A DNA stretch of 64,000 bases from assembly GCA_025361145.1 (NCBI GenBank), contig JANYAV010000012.1:14830-78829 (forward strand), written 5' to 3'. The notes beneath the pieces were generated by a model. It was given only the letters and a program-made list of their open reading frames with translations. It did no database searches and was not told the origin of the DNA. Below, piece after piece: positions 40,880-51,034 of the stretch (positions are counted from its first letter, which is position 1; each line of letters starts with the position of its first letter). A program made the translations under genes and the position numbers. This stretch comes from Dehalococcoidia bacterium. Lineage in GTDB: Bacteria > Chloroflexota > Dehalococcoidia > Dehalococcoidales > UBA3254.

Positions 40880-42046
40880 ATGCTGGACTTTGATTTTTAT
40901 AATCCAACCCGTATTATCTTCGGTCAGGATAGACTTGAGAGTATTGATAAATATGTACCCTCTGAGGCTGTTGTTTTAATCACCTACGGAGGTGGCAGCG
41001 CCAAAAAGAGCGGCCTTATTGATCAAGTTAAAGCCGCACTTGGCAAGCGCAAAGTCTATGAATTTGGCGGCATTGAGCCGAATCCTCATTTCGAAACATT
41101 GATGAAAGCGGTTGAAGTTATCCGCAGTAAGAAGATCGATTTCATGCTGGCTGTGGGTGGGGGTTCAGTCATCGATGGCACGAAGTTTATAACACTGGCT
41201 TCTTATTATGAGGGGGATGCCTGTGAATTATTGAAATGCGGCTTTGCGCGTATTACTTCTGCTGTAGTAAAAAAAACCATACCCTTTGGCACTGTGCTGA
41301 CTTTACCTGCTACCGGTTCTGAAATGAACTGTGGAGCGGTGATAAGCTATGGGCACGGGAAATTCCCGGTGATGAGCGAACTGGCGTTCCCCCAATTTTC
41401 AGTATTGGACCCAACTCTCACTTTTAGTCTGCCTAAAATTCAGGTAGCCAATGGAATTATAGACGCGTTTGTACATACTACCGAGCAATATCTGACCTAT
41501 CCCGTGGACGGTAAGCTACAGGACCGCATAGCCGAGGGTATTTTACTGACCTTGATTGAAATCGGGGTAACTTCCGTTGCCGAGCCTGAAAATTACGATG
41601 CGCGGGCTAATCATGTTTGGTGTGCTACTCTCTCCTTGAACGGGATCGTAGGCGCGGGAGTCCCTCAAGACTGGGCGACTCATATGATAGGGCATGAACT
41701 GACCGCCGCTTTTGGCATTGATCACGGGCAGACTCTGGCGATAGTCATGCCTTCACTATTGGAGGTAAGACGCCAACAAAAACGCGCTAAACTGCTGCAA
41801 TACGCGGAACGCGTCTGGCAAATCAAGAAAGGCAGCGAAGAGGAAAAAATCGACCTGGCTATCAAGAAAACCAGAGAATTCTTTGAGAGCCTGGGTGTGA
41901 AAACTCGTCTATCCCAATATGGGGTGACCGCGGATAAAATACCCTTGGTGATAGAACAGCTTAAGTATCACGGGATGACGGCGCTCTCTGAAACCCGGGA
42001 TCTAAGCCTGGACATTAGCCGCAGGATTCTGGAAAACGCGTTATGA
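40880..42046 (+). CDS. Iron-containing (group III) alcohol dehydrogenase, YqhD/butanol-DH-like
   Basis: 388 aa. GGGSVIDGTK motif and metal-binding His residues (HMIGHELTAAFGIDHG). Confidence 0.88.
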   Translation: MLDFDFYNPTRIIFGQDRLESIDKYVPSEAVVLITYGGGSAKKSGLIDQVKAALGKRKVYEFGGIEPNPHFETLMKAVEVIRSKKIDFMLAVGGGSVIDGTKFITLASYYEGDACELLKCGFARITSAVVKKTIPFGTVLTLPATGSEMNCGAVISYGHGKFPVMSELAFPQFSVLDPTLTFSLPKIQVANGIIDAFVHTTEQYLTYPVDGKLQDRIAEGILLTLIEIGVTSVAEPENYDARANHVWCATLSLNGIVGAGVPQDWATHMIGHELTAAFGIDHGQTLAIVMPSLLEVRRQQKRAKLLQYAERVWQIKKGSEEEKIDLAIKKTREFFESLGVKTRLSQYGVTADKIPLVIEQLKYHGMTALSETRDLSLDISRRILENAL

Positions 42047-42089
42047 TCGATTTAGATAAGAAATTCAGGGTGTTATTAATTATTATCAA

Positions 42090-42755
42090 TCAATATTTCG
42101 ATCCGTCTAAACCTTCGTGCGTGCCGGTTACGAGATAAATGATGCGTTCAGCGATATTGGTTACCCGATCCGCGCTGCGTTCCAGATTATGGGCTACCCA
42201 GATCAAACGGGTGGCCCGGGTAATAGATTTAGGGTCTTCGGTCATATAAACCAGCAGTTCGTGGAAGACTTGATCGTAAAGATGATCTATATTGTCATCC
42301 TCAGAGCAGATTTTGGCTGAGACTGAGGCGTCATGATTGATAAAAGCCTCCAACGCTCGCCTGAGCATGCTTCCGGTCATTTCAGCCATTCTCGGTAGAT
42401 CTACTAGAGGTTTAAGAGGCGGCTCATTGCCCAGCATGATAGCGATCTTACTGTTTCCTGCAGCATGGTCCGCGATACGTTCCAGGTCTACTATGATATT
42501 CAGAACCGCGATGATGATGCGCATATCACCGGCCATGGGCTGTTGGGTGACAATCAGATCGATGCATTCCTCTTCTATTTCGTATCTTTTGCTATCGATC
42601 TTATCATCGTCATCAATTACTTTTTGAGCCAGTTCCAGATTGCGGTTTTTTAGCGAGTCCATCGAACGATAAATTGAGGTTTCAACCATGCTGCCCATTA
42701 TCAGGACATGGTCTTGCAAATCGTGTAAATGCTGTTCAAATAGTTTTCTAGGCAT
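42090..42755 (-). CDS. phoU: Phosphate signalling complex protein PhoU
   Basis: The ATG at 42755 has an AAAGGAGAA SD sequence. The longer ORF-track start would overlap pstB. Two PhoU repeats are present, with ERIADHA and ERSADRVTNIAE motifs. Confidence 0.9.
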   Translation of the reverse strand: MPRKLFEQHLHDLQDHVLIMGSMVETSIYRSMDSLKNRNLELAQKVIDDDDKIDSKRYEIEEECIDLIVTQQPMAGDMRIIIAVLNIIVDLERIADHAAGNSKIAIMLGNEPPLKPLVDLPRMAEMTGSMLRRALEAFINHDASVSAKICSEDDNIDHLYDQVFHELLVYMTEDPKSITRATRLIWVAHNLERSADRVTNIAERIIYLVTGTHEGLDGSKY

Positions 42756-42768
42756 TAAAAATTCTCCT

Positions 42769-43524
42769 TTAACCAAAGCGTCCGGTGATATAATCTTCTG
42801 TGCGTTTGTCTTTGGGGCGGCTGAACAATTCATGAGTTGCGCTATATTCGATCATTTCTCCCAGCAGCATAAAGGCCGACCACTCAGAAACTCGGGCAGC
42901 TTGCTGCATATTGTGGGTGACGATGACGATAGTATACTTTTGTTTAAGGTCCTGCATCAACTCTTCAATTTTGAGGGTTGAAATGGGATCAAGCGCGGAA
43001 CAGGGCTCGTCCATCAGAATAACTTCCGGTTCTACGGCCAAAACCCGGGCAATGCATAAGCGCTGCTGCTGTCCACCTGAGAGGGCCAATCCGGATTTAT
43101 CCAGGTCGTCCTTAACCTCGTCCCAGAGAGCAGCAGCCCGCAGGCTCTTTTCAATTAATTCATCTATATTGCCCTGGTGAGTAAGACCCAGCATTTTGGG
43201 CCCGAAAGCTACGTTTTCAGCGATCGACTTAGGGAAGGGATTGGGTTGCTGGAAAACCATGCCCACCCTTTTTCTGAGCTCAACGATATCAACCAGAGGA
43301 TCAAAAATATTTTTACCGTCTAGCAGTGTCTGGCCTTCTACCCTTGCTCCCGCAGTCAGATCGGTCATGCGGTCAAAGGTGCGTAAAAGCGAAGATTTGC
43401 CGCAGCCGGAAGGGCCGATGATGGCGGTTATCTGTTTCTCTCTGATTTTAAAGTCGATGTTTTTTAAAGCGTGGTTGTTCTTGTAGTAAAGGTTCAGTTT
43501 TTGGGTTTCGATTTTTGGATCCAT
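42769..43524 (-). CDS. pstB: Phosphate ABC transporter ATP-binding protein
   Basis: GPSGCGKS Walker [14 protein letters not shown] signature and ILMDEP Walker B. Confidence 0.95.
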   Translation of the reverse strand: MDPKIETQKLNLYYKNNHALKNIDFKIREKQITAIIGPSGCGKSSLLRTFDRMTDLTAGARVEGQTLLDGKNIFDPLVDIVELRKRVGMVFQQPNPFPKSIAENVAFGPKMLGLTHQGNIDELIEKSLRAAALWDEVKDDLDKSGLALSGGQQQRLCIARVLAVEPEVILMDEPCSALDPISTLKIEELMQDLKQKYTIVIVTHNMQQAARVSEWSAFMLLGEMIEYSATHELFSRPKDKRTEDYITGRFG

Positions 43525-43525
43525 C

Positions 43526-44377
43526 TTACGTCCTCCCTACCATTCTGGTATGAAAGCGCTGGGATAACCAGTTGGTCAGGGTATTTATGATGATGATAAG
43601 AATGACCAGAATGGCTGCAGTGGCCATGGCTTTTTCCGAGGCGCGGGTATCTGTGGCCAGGTAATAAACGTGCAAAGCCAGAGTCCGTCCACCTGATAAA
43701 AGGGAAGTTGGAACAGCTGAGCCGCCTCCCATAGTAACATACAGACAGGCGGTCTCACCGATGGCCCGGCCGATGCAGAGAATAATGCCGGTGATAATGC
43801 CAGGCAGTGCCGCCGGCAGAATAACGTGTGAGATGGTCTGCCATTTGGTAGCTCCCAGTGAAAAACCAGCTTCCCTCTGATATTGCGGAACGGCCCGGAT
43901 AGATTCCTCTGTGGTGCTGATCAGGGTTGGCAGGAGTAAACAGACCAGGGTTAAGGCTCCCGAGAGGATCGAGAAATTGAAGTGCAGAGCGGTCACAAAG
44001 AGGGCAAAGCCGAAAAGACCGAAGACTATGGATGGCACTCCAGCCAGAGTGTTAATGGCGTAGCGAATTGCGCTGGTGAACCAGTTGTCCGGGGCGTATT
44101 CAGTTAAATAAATGGCGGTACCAATGCCCGGAATAATGAGTAAAGCAATAGTGAAAGCGATCAAGTAAACAGTGGCGATGATAGCGCTGGAAATACCGCC
44201 TTCTCCCGAAAGTCCGCCCTCAGGAGCGGTGGTCAGGAATTGCCAGTTTACATAAGGCAGGCCTTTAGCCAGGATATAAAGTACTATCGTCAGCAATATA
44301 AGCGCAGTCACTACTCCAGACGCCCAGATTACAGCAGTAGCTATTTTTTGCTTAGATCTAGCGGTTACCTGTGCCAC
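43526..44377 (-). CDS. pstA: Phosphate ABC transporter permease PstA
   Basis: 283 aa, 6 TM, EAA-type loop ([14 protein letters not shown]). It is the second permease gene after pstS. Confidence 0.9.
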   Translation of the reverse strand: MAQVTARSKQKIATAVIWASGVVTALILLTIVLYILAKGLPYVNWQFLTTAPEGGLSGEGGISSAIIATVYLIAFTIALLIIPGIGTAIYLTEYAPDNWFTSAIRYAINTLAGVPSIVFGLFGFALFVTALHFNFSILSGALTLVCLLLPTLISTTEESIRAVPQYQREAGFSLGATKWQTISHVILPAALPGIITGIILCIGRAIGETACLYVTMGGGSAVPTSLLSGGRTLALHVYYLATDTRASEKAMATAAILVILIIIINTLTNWLSQRFHTRMVGRT

Positions 44378-45185
44378 TGATGCCCCTCTTAAAAATATTC
44401 ATAGTGATGGTGTTCAAGATAATAATAAAAGCCAGCAATACTACAGCCGTGGCAAACAAAGCGCTGGCGTGGGTGCCGCTGGCGTATTGTATTTCAACCG
44501 CGATATTGCCGGTCAAAGTCCTGGCAGGGGAGAGCAGGGAGTCCGGGAAAATTACTGCATTGCCTATTACCATGATCATCGCCATGGTTTCACCGATAGC
44601 GCGTCCGATTCCCAGGACAACGGCTGCCCCGATACCCGAACGGGCGGCAGGAATTAAAACATGCCAGATCGTTTGCCAGTGAGTAGCTCCCATGGCCAGA
44701 GAACCTTCTTTATATTTGCGAGGGACTGCCCTGATACTATCATCGCTGATACTGATAATGGTGGGAAGTATCATGGCCATCAAGACAACGCAGGCGGCTA
44801 AAACGCTGTAACCCGTTCCTCCGATTTGCCTTATGGTTGGAACAATCACCAGCATGCCCACCAAGCCGAAGACTACCGAGGGAATGCCTACCAGCAGTTC
44901 AACGGCTGGACGGAGCATTTGGCGGACCCTTACCGGGGCCACTTCTGCCAGCAGAATGGCACAGGCTATGCCCATGGGCACTGCCAGGAGCAAAGAGCCG
45001 CAGGTGACAACCAGAGAACCAACGATCATAGGTAAAAGGCCGTACTGGTTATTGGTTGGGCTCCATTCCGTGCCAAAAAGTAGTTGGAAGATGCCAATTT
45101 TGGAAAATGCCGGCAGTCCTTCTCTTAGTATAAAGATGATGATAGCTAAGAGAATAATAAAAGAAAGGGAGGCGCAGACCATCAC
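44358..45185 (-). CDS. pstC: Phosphate ABC transporter permease PstC
   Basis: 275 aa, 6 TM, EAA-type loop (KEGSLAMGATHWQT). The frame is open further upstream, so the N-terminus is uncertain. Confidence 0.88.
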   Translation of the reverse strand: MMVCASLSFIILLAIIIFILREGLPAFSKIGIFQLLFGTEWSPTNNQYGLLPMIVGSLVVTCGSLLLAVPMGIACAILLAEVAPVRVRQMLRPAVELLVGIPSVVFGLVGMLVIVPTIRQIGGTGYSVLAACVVLMAMILPTIISISDDSIRAVPRKYKEGSLAMGATHWQTIWHVLIPAARSGIGAAVVLGIGRAIGETMAMIMVIGNAVIFPDSLLSPARTLTGNIAVEIQYASGTHASALFATAVVLLAFIIILNTITMNIFKRGISGTGNR

Positions 45186-45249
45186 GCCGATTTTAGCCGC
45201 ACGGTCTGTAAAATAGCGTGATACGCCTGCACCTTTGGTTAGCTTATTT

Positions 45250-46152
45250 TTATTGAACAGAGATGTAACCTTCCTGAGTAATTATTTGTTGAGCAGATGC
45301 GCTCTGGCAATAGTCCGTGAAGGCTTTCACCAAGCCTGCGGGTTGGTTTTTAGTCAGGAAGTAGAGGGGTCTGACTACCGGGTAAGTGCCATTTTTGGCG
45401 TTATCTGCGCTGGCGGCTATGTTATCGATCGACAGGGCCTTGACCGAGGTATCAACATAGCCGAAGGAGTCGAAGCTGATAGCCTGGGGATCGCCCTTGA
45501 TTACCTGCATAATCGCTCCGCTGGAAGATTGCAAGATAGCTTTCTTGCTGATATTGATGGCGTTGCCGTTGGCGTCTTTCCCCATTACCAGGTCCTGGAA
45601 GGCTGTTCGGGTACCTGAGCCTTCTTCACGGGCAGCTACATGGATTTCCTTATCCAGTCCTCCTACCTCTTTCCAGTTGGTGATATTGCCTGCGAAGATA
45701 TCCCTGACCTGGGTTTTGGTTAAACCGGTGACCGGATTGGCCGGATTGACGATGATGGCGATGCCGTCGCGAGCCAGTAATATTTTATTCAGGACAGGAT
45801 CATCTTTGGTCAGTTCTCGTGAGGCCGCGCCGATATCTACTGTGCCGTCATTGGCAGCCTTGATGCCTACGCCGGTGCCGCCGCCCTGGATGGTTACTTT
45901 TACTTTTGGATTGGCGGTCATAAAAGCGCCGGCCAGTTTTTCGGCCAGGGGTTGAACTGTAGTCGAACCGGATTCAGTGATAGTCCCGGAAAAAGCAGAA
46001 GTGGTTGGAATTGTTGCTGAAGTTGTAGGAGCTATGGTTGTGGGATTGGTTGGTGTAGTTGCATTACCGCTGCAGCCGGTTAATATTAGCATGATGACCA
46101 TCAAGCAGGCTGCGATAGAACTGAATAACTTAATATTTTTATTGAATGTCAT
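45250..46152 (-). CDS. pstS: Phosphate-binding lipoprotein PstS
   Basis: LTGCSG lipobox. GSGTGV-type and GSGTR phosphate-binding motifs. Confidence 0.92.
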   Translation of the reverse strand: MTFNKNIKLFSSIAACLMVIMLILTGCSGNATTPTNPTTIAPTTSATIPTTSAFSGTITESGSTTVQPLAEKLAGAFMTANPKVKVTIQGGGTGVGIKAANDGTVDIGAASRELTKDDPVLNKILLARDGIAIIVNPANPVTGLTKTQVRDIFAGNITNWKEVGGLDKEIHVAAREEGSGTRTAFQDLVMGKDANGNAINISKKAILQSSSGAIMQVIKGDPQAISFDSFGYVDTSVKALSIDNIAASADNAKNGTYPVVRPLYFLTKNQPAGLVKAFTDYCQSASAQQIITQEGYISVQ

Positions 46153-46210
46153 TTACGGACTTAATCCTCCTAATTTTTCACCTGTCTTTAGCGCTATTCT
46201 CAGGTTCCAT

Positions 46211-46270
46211 GATTAACGATAACAGACCCGGTTTAACGGAGGTTTAAGCCAAGGTTAACGGAAGGTTAAA
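46211..46270 (-). promoter_or_regulatory. Pho-box-like array of four or five direct repeats with 11-bp phasing, upstream of pstS
   Basis: The minus strand reads TTTAACCTTCCG-TTAACCTTGGC-TTAAACCTCCG-TTAAACCGGGT. On the plus strand the GGTT(T)AA units begin at 46230, 46241, 46253 and 46264. The array lies 59-118 nt upstream of the pstS ATG. Confidence 0.6.
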
Positions 46271-46310
46271 TTTTATAAGGGGATAAGTCTTAATTTAAAA
46301 GAAGGATACC

Positions 46311-46337
46311 CCTCTGCAAGGACCGTCCTTGCAGAGG
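46311..46337 (-). terminator. Hairpin downstream of arsM (possible terminator isolating ars from pst)
   Basis: 12-bp stem cctctgcaagga/tccttgcagagg with a 3-nt loop. The U tail is weak. Confidence 0.45.
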
Positions 46338-46347
46338 CCTTAGAGTT

Positions 46348-47202
46348 TTATTTTTTGCTGGCGGAGACTTTGACGCTGACCACGGAAGAGGCGATTTTCT
46401 TTAATTGGGTTTTGGACATTTTAGATTCCTTGATGAAAGCTTGTATGTCAGGATCATTTGAGATGAAATCTATCGGGTAGACGGTCTCATCCACTACTTT
46501 GACCTCTTGAAATCCCGCTGCCTGGATGGCTGCCAGATAGTCACTTTTCTGACTGGCTCCGGCAACGCAGCCCACATAAGCTTCGACAGATGCCAGGATT
46601 TCTTTCGGCAGATCGGCCAATAAAACAATATCCGAAACCATTAATCTGCCGCCCGCTTTTAAAACTCGGTAAGCTTCTTTAAAGACTCTGGGCTTATCCA
46701 GGGAAAGATTAACCACACAATTAGAGATGATTACATCCACTGACTTATCGGCTGCGGGCAGGTTCTCGATTTCTCCCAGCCTGAATTCAACATTCGGGTA
46801 ATTTCCCTTGTGTTTATTATCACGGGCCTTATCCAGCATTTCAGGCGTCATATCCACACCGATGACTTTACCCTTAGGGCCGACCTTGGAAGCCGCTATA
46901 AAACAATCAAATCCTGCCCCGGAACCCAGATCAAGAACTGTTTCTCCCTCTTTTAAAGAGGCCATCGCCACCGGGTTGCCGCAGCCCAGTCCCAGGTTGG
47001 CGCCTTCAGGAACCGCATTCATGTCGGCATCGCTGTAGCCGATAAATTTGCTGATTCCCCTGGCGGTAGTAGCTGTATTTGGGCTGCAGCAGGATGACGA
47101 TTTACCTGCCCCCGGAGAGCCCGAGCAACCGCAGGAACCGCCCTGTTTAGCTGCATTGGCGTAACGTGATCTAACTGTTTTGGTTACCTCTTCTTTTTTC
47201 AT
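46348..47202 (-). CDS. arsM: Arsenite S-adenosylmethionine methyltransferase
   Basis: 284 aa. N-terminal Cys-rich region (GGSCGCSG...SSCCSP), GLGCGNP, and the SAM motif VLDLGSGAGFD. Confidence 0.88.
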   Translation of the reverse strand: MKKEEVTKTVRSRYANAAKQGGSCGCSGSPGAGKSSSCCSPNTATTARGISKFIGYSDADMNAVPEGANLGLGCGNPVAMASLKEGETVLDLGSGAGFDCFIAASKVGPKGKVIGVDMTPEMLDKARDNKHKGNYPNVEFRLGEIENLPAADKSVDVIISNCVVNLSLDKPRVFKEAYRVLKAGGRLMVSDIVLLADLPKEILASVEAYVGCVAGASQKSDYLAAIQAAGFQEVKVVDETVYPIDFISNDPDIQAFIKESKMSKTQLKKIASSVVSVKVSASKK

Positions 47203-47251
47203 GATTCACTCCCATATATATTTATATTTTAAATCTATATATTTTCGTTTC

Positions 47252-48349
47252 TCAAGCTTGTATCTTTTCAATACACCTGGCTGCATTTTCAGGCTTGAAA
47301 TATTTACGCTGGAAATAAAGAGCGACATTGACCAGACCGATCAGTACAGGCACTTCCACCAGAGGACCAATCACCGCCGCGAAGGCCTGTCCCGAGCCGA
47401 TGCCGAAGACTGCCACAGCCACCGCAATCGCCAGTTCAAAATTATTGCTGGCAGCAGTGAAAGCGATAGTGGCAGTTTTGGAGTAATCCGCGCCAATTTT
47501 CTTGCCCACATAGAAAGAAACTAAAAACATTATCACAAAATAGATCAGCAGCGGAAGAGCTATTTTAATTACGTCCAGAGGCAATTGGATAATAATTTCT
47601 CCTTTGAGAGAGAACATGATTATGATGGTGAAAAGCAGCGCTGCCAGGGTTATCGGGCTGATCCTGGTAATAAATTTCTTTTCGTACCAGTCGATGCCTT
47701 TGGCTTTTTTGAGCGCAAAGCGTGTGAGCATCCCTGCCAAAAAAGGAATCCCCAGATAAATCAGAACACTCTGGGCGATTTGTCCTATAGTAATGTCTAC
47801 CGCGGAACCCTTTAGACCAAAATACCCCGGCAAAATGGTGATAAAAACATAAGCATAAACCGAATAGAATAAAATCTGGAAAATGGAGTTAAAGGCGACC
47901 AGTCCGGCGGCATATTCGTTGTTGCCCCTGGCCAGTTCGTTCCAGACAATGACCATCGCGATGCAGCGGGCCAGTCCTATCATAATCAAGCCCATCATAT
48001 ATTGGGGCATGGGCCAGATATACCCCAGGAAAAGAACAGCCAGAAAAAACATCAGTATTGGGCCGATAATCCAATTCTGAATTAAAGAGAGTCCCAGTAT
48101 GCGCCAGTTGCGAAATACCAGACCCAGGTCTTCGTATTTTACTTTGGCAAGAGGAGGGTACATCATCAGGATTAAGCCGATGGCGATAGGAATTGAAGTT
48201 GTGCCAATCGATAAAAAATTAATAAAGCTGGCGACACTAGGAATAAAATAGCCCAGGCTCACTCCCAATAACATAGCCAGGAAAATCCACAAGGTCAGAA
48301 AACGGTCTAGAAAAGATAGGCTGGGGGTTTTACAAGTTTGTTCACTCAT
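47252..48349 (-). CDS. acr3: Arsenite efflux permease, ACR3 family
   Basis: 365 aa, 10 TM, with the conserved GLARCIAMV (Cys) and [10 protein letters not shown] motifs. Confidence 0.9.
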   Translation of the reverse strand: MSEQTCKTPSLSFLDRFLTLWIFLAMLLGVSLGYFIPSVASFINFLSIGTTSIPIAIGLILMMYPPLAKVKYEDLGLVFRNWRILGLSLIQNWIIGPILMFFLAVLFLGYIWPMPQYMMGLIMIGLARCIAMVIVWNELARGNNEYAAGLVAFNSIFQILFYSVYAYVFITILPGYFGLKGSAVDITIGQIAQSVLIYLGIPFLAGMLTRFALKKAKGIDWYEKKFITRISPITLAALLFTIIIMFSLKGEIIIQLPLDVIKIALPLLIYFVIMFLVSFYVGKKIGADYSKTATIAFTAASNNFELAIAVAVAVFGIGSGQAFAAVIGPLVEVPVLIGLVNVALYFQRKYFKPENAARCIEKIQA

Positions 48350-48738
48350 TTACCCGTCATTTCCTCGATTAAGTTGTCTACCCTGTTTTTGATCTCATCC
48401 CGGATTTCCCTGACCTGTTCGATGGGCTTATCTTTGGGGTTCTTCAGACCCCAATCCCGTGTTTCAACCGGGGTGAAAGGACAGGCATTCTCACAGCCCA
48501 TAGCAACAGCCAGGTCAATCCCCTTTATTATTTCGGCAGTAAGCAACCTGGGTTTGTTGCGGCTAATATCAATACCCACTTCCTGCATCGCCGCGGCGGC
48601 CACCGGATTTACTTTATCTGCCGGCTGGGAACCGGCCGATATGGCTTTGAATCTTCCTTCAGCTGCCCGGTTAAAAAAAGCTTCTGCCATCTGACTGCGG
48701 CCTGAATTATGCACACAAATAAAAAGTACTGTTTTCAC
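48346..48738 (-). CDS. arsC: Arsenate reductase, LMW-PTPase (thioredoxin-coupled) type
   Basis: 130 aa. [15 protein letters not shown]-loop (CX5R). Overlaps acr3 by 4 nt. Confidence 0.9.
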   Translation of the reverse strand: MKTVLFICVHNSGRSQMAEAFFNRAAEGRFKAISAGSQPADKVNPVAAAAMQEVGIDISRNKPRLLTAEIIKGIDLAVAMGCENACPFTPVETRDWGLKNPKDKPIEQVREIRDEIKNRVDNLIEEMTGK

Positions 48739-48751
48739 TTGTTCTCCTGTT

Positions 48752-49129
48752 CTAAGCCGATTTGAGTGCTTTGGTTTGTGCTGGATAGCAGCATTGAGGT
48801 CCCAGGCGTTGAGCCTCTTTCAAATGTGTTCGATCTAGATTAGCCGTCTTATTTTCTGTCAAGCCGTGCTTCAGAGCGTCGACAAGGAGCGCTAAATAGT
48901 CCTCTAGATCAGTTCTATCTAGCGAATAATATACCCAGAGGCCCTCCTTTCTTACCTTCAAGAATCCGGCGTCATATAATATATTCAAATTGCGGGAGGC
49001 GCGGGTCTGTGAGATATCCAGTACCTGCATTACTTCGCAGACACAGCATTCTCTCAAGACGAGCAGGTTCAAAATTCTAATGCGGGTTTCGTCCGAAAGG
49101 GCTTTCAAAGCTTTTATTAATTTGTGCAT
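48752..49129 (-). CDS. arsR: ArsR/SmtB-family metalloregulator
   Basis: 125 aa. ECCVCEV metal-binding site ahead of the helix-turn-helix (LDISQTRASRNLNIL). Confidence 0.9.
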   Translation of the reverse strand: MHKLIKALKALSDETRIRILNLLVLRECCVCEVMQVLDISQTRASRNLNILYDAGFLKVRKEGLWVYYSLDRTDLEDYLALLVDALKHGLTENKTANLDRTHLKEAQRLGPQCCYPAQTKALKSA

Positions 49130-49140
49130 TCCTAACTCCT

Positions 49141-49156
49141 ATATATGCGCATATAT
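49141..49156. promoter_or_regulatory. Perfect 16-bp palindrome, a putative ArsR operator
   Basis: atatatgcgcatatat, lying 12 nt upstream of the arsR ATG and followed by AT-rich TATAAT-like sequence. Confidence 0.5.
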
Positions 49157-49284
49157 AATTATATAATAGCAAATCTTGAACCGAGGTTAAAGCTGGCAAA
49201 TAACGTGAATTATGGTGTATGAATTAAACTAAACCTGGATATTAGAAGCTATACCGCACACTCGAAGCTTGAAGATAGAAACTG

Positions 49285-51033
49285 TTATATCGGCAGACTA
49301 AAACCGAAGGTCGAACCCTTTCCTTCCTGGCTTTGTACCCAAATTTGGCCGTTATGGGCCTGCACGATATGTTTGGCGATAGCCAGTCCCAGTCCGCTGC
49401 CCTGAGAGGAACGGGATTTATCAGCTTTGAAGAAACGCTCAAAGATATGAGGCAGATCTTCAGTTGAAATACCGATGCCGTTATCATTTACTTCAATAAT
49501 GGCAGTATTGTCTTTCATTCCGGTTTTAATCACGATACGCCCGTTATGTGGGGTAAATTTAATAGCGTTATACAGAATATTATTTAAAGCCTGCTGGATG
49601 CGTTCAATATCCATTTTTACTGCAGGTAGATCGGGCTGTAGTTCTGTTAAAAGCGTGATTTGCTTTCTCTCTGCTTGTGGCAGAAAGCGATTGACTGTCT
49701 CCTGAACAAACAGATTTAAATTCACCGGTTGGAATTTGAAACTGGTTTTGCCCGTCTCAATACGTGACAATTCAATCAGTTCATTGATCATCTGGGTCAG
49801 GCTGTCCACTTCTAAATTAACTTTTTCCAGAAAGTCAGCAGCTACGACCTTATCCTCAATCGCTCCGTCCTGCAGCGTCTCTACCACCGCTTTGATTGAA
49901 GCTAAAGGTGTCCTTAGTTCATGTGAAATGTTGCCGACAAATTCGCGGCGCATAGTCTGTAAACTGCGCATTTCGGTTAAATCCTGGAATAACAGTAAAG
50001 CGCCGGTGATTTGTTCAGTCCGGAAAGCCACCACAATCACCCGCAAGAATTTCCCATTATTGAGATCAATAAAAGTATTTTGATTTTGCTGGGTGGTCAA
50101 ACAGTTTGTAAGGGACTGGTCGATTTCATAGTTCAAAGTAGCTTCAATGATATGTTTGCCAGTCATTTCTGCGGTATTGAAATTGAAGAGATTTTGTGCT
50201 GCCGGATTAGCCAGCATGATTAAACCGTGGGAATCGGTCATGATCATTCCATCGGTCATGGTAGCCAGAATAGTGGTCAGTTTATTTTTCTCAGAAGAGA
50301 GAATTGTCATGTTGTCTTTCAGATGGTCGGCCATGCGATTAAAAGCCCGCCCCAAACTGCCCAATTCATCATGCGAGGTTACGGTAATCTGCGTATCAAG
50401 ATCCCCGGCAGCGATTCTGACGGCTGCCCGGGTGAGCTGTCGGATGGGCTGGGTGAGCCTGCGGGTAATAAAGAAGGTGGCCAAAATCACCAGCAGAGCG
50501 GCTAAGGCAATTGCCCATGAGATCAGAGCGATGCTGCTGCCGACAGATTGGTTAACCGCAGTAAGGGGCAAGGCTACCCTGGCGACGCCCAAAACCACCG
50601 CCTGGCTTTTGATAGGCACCGCAATATAGAGCATGTTTTGTCCGGTAGTAACGCTTAGTCGTGTGTCTTCTCCGACCTTAGAATTAAGGGCCTGTTGAAC
50701 TTCCGGCCGGCTGCTGTGGTTTTCCATCACAGCCGGGTTTTCCCAGCTATCGCCTAAGACGGTGCCATCGGCCCTTATTACGGTTACCCTGGCCTGTATT
50801 TCGGCACCGGTACTTTTAGTCAGGGCATCAATTTGGCTGTAGCCTGCCGCATCGGTTATATCCGGTTGTACCGTATCGGCTACCAATCTGGCTTCATTGG
50901 TCAAATAGGTGCGCAGGTGTTCCAACTGTAGATCGCGAACTGATGAGACCATAAAAAAGCCCAGGATACTGAGGCTGGCTACTACTACCAGTATTATCGG
51001 CAGGGTTATCTTCCAGTAGATACTGCGTGTCAT
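49285..51033 (-). CDS. phoR: PhoR-type sensor histidine kinase (TM-extracytoplasmic-TM-HAMP-PAS-HisKA-HATPase)
   Basis: 582 aa. FVGNISHELRTPL H-box, and N/G1/G2 boxes (NAIKFT, DNGIGI, GSGLGLAI). Confidence 0.85.
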   Translation of the reverse strand: MTRSIYWKITLPIILVVVASLSILGFFMVSSVRDLQLEHLRTYLTNEARLVADTVQPDITDAAGYSQIDALTKSTGAEIQARVTVIRADGTVLGDSWENPAVMENHSSRPEVQQALNSKVGEDTRLSVTTGQNMLYIAVPIKSQAVVLGVARVALPLTAVNQSVGSSIALISWAIALAALLVILATFFITRRLTQPIRQLTRAAVRIAAGDLDTQITVTSHDELGSLGRAFNRMADHLKDNMTILSSEKNKLTTILATMTDGMIMTDSHGLIMLANPAAQNLFNFNTAEMTGKHIIEATLNYEIDQSLTNCLTTQQNQNTFIDLNNGKFLRVIVVAFRTEQITGALLLFQDLTEMRSLQTMRREFVGNISHELRTPLASIKAVVETLQDGAIEDKVVAADFLEKVNLEVDSLTQMINELIELSRIETGKTSFKFQPVNLNLFVQETVNRFLPQAERKQITLLTELQPDLPAVKMDIERIQQALNNILYNAIKFTPHNGRIVIKTGMKDNTAIIEVNDNGIGISTEDLPHIFERFFKADKSRSSQGSGLGLAIAKHIVQAHNGQIWVQSQEGKGSTFGFSLPI

Positions 51034-51034
51034 G

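Noticed and set aside
46348-49284. The ars block as a recently acquired genomic island or mobile element
   Set aside because: I found no integrase, transposase, flanking direct or inverted repeats, or adjacent tRNA. The composition looks similar to the flanks by eye. Only the nested gene order is reported.
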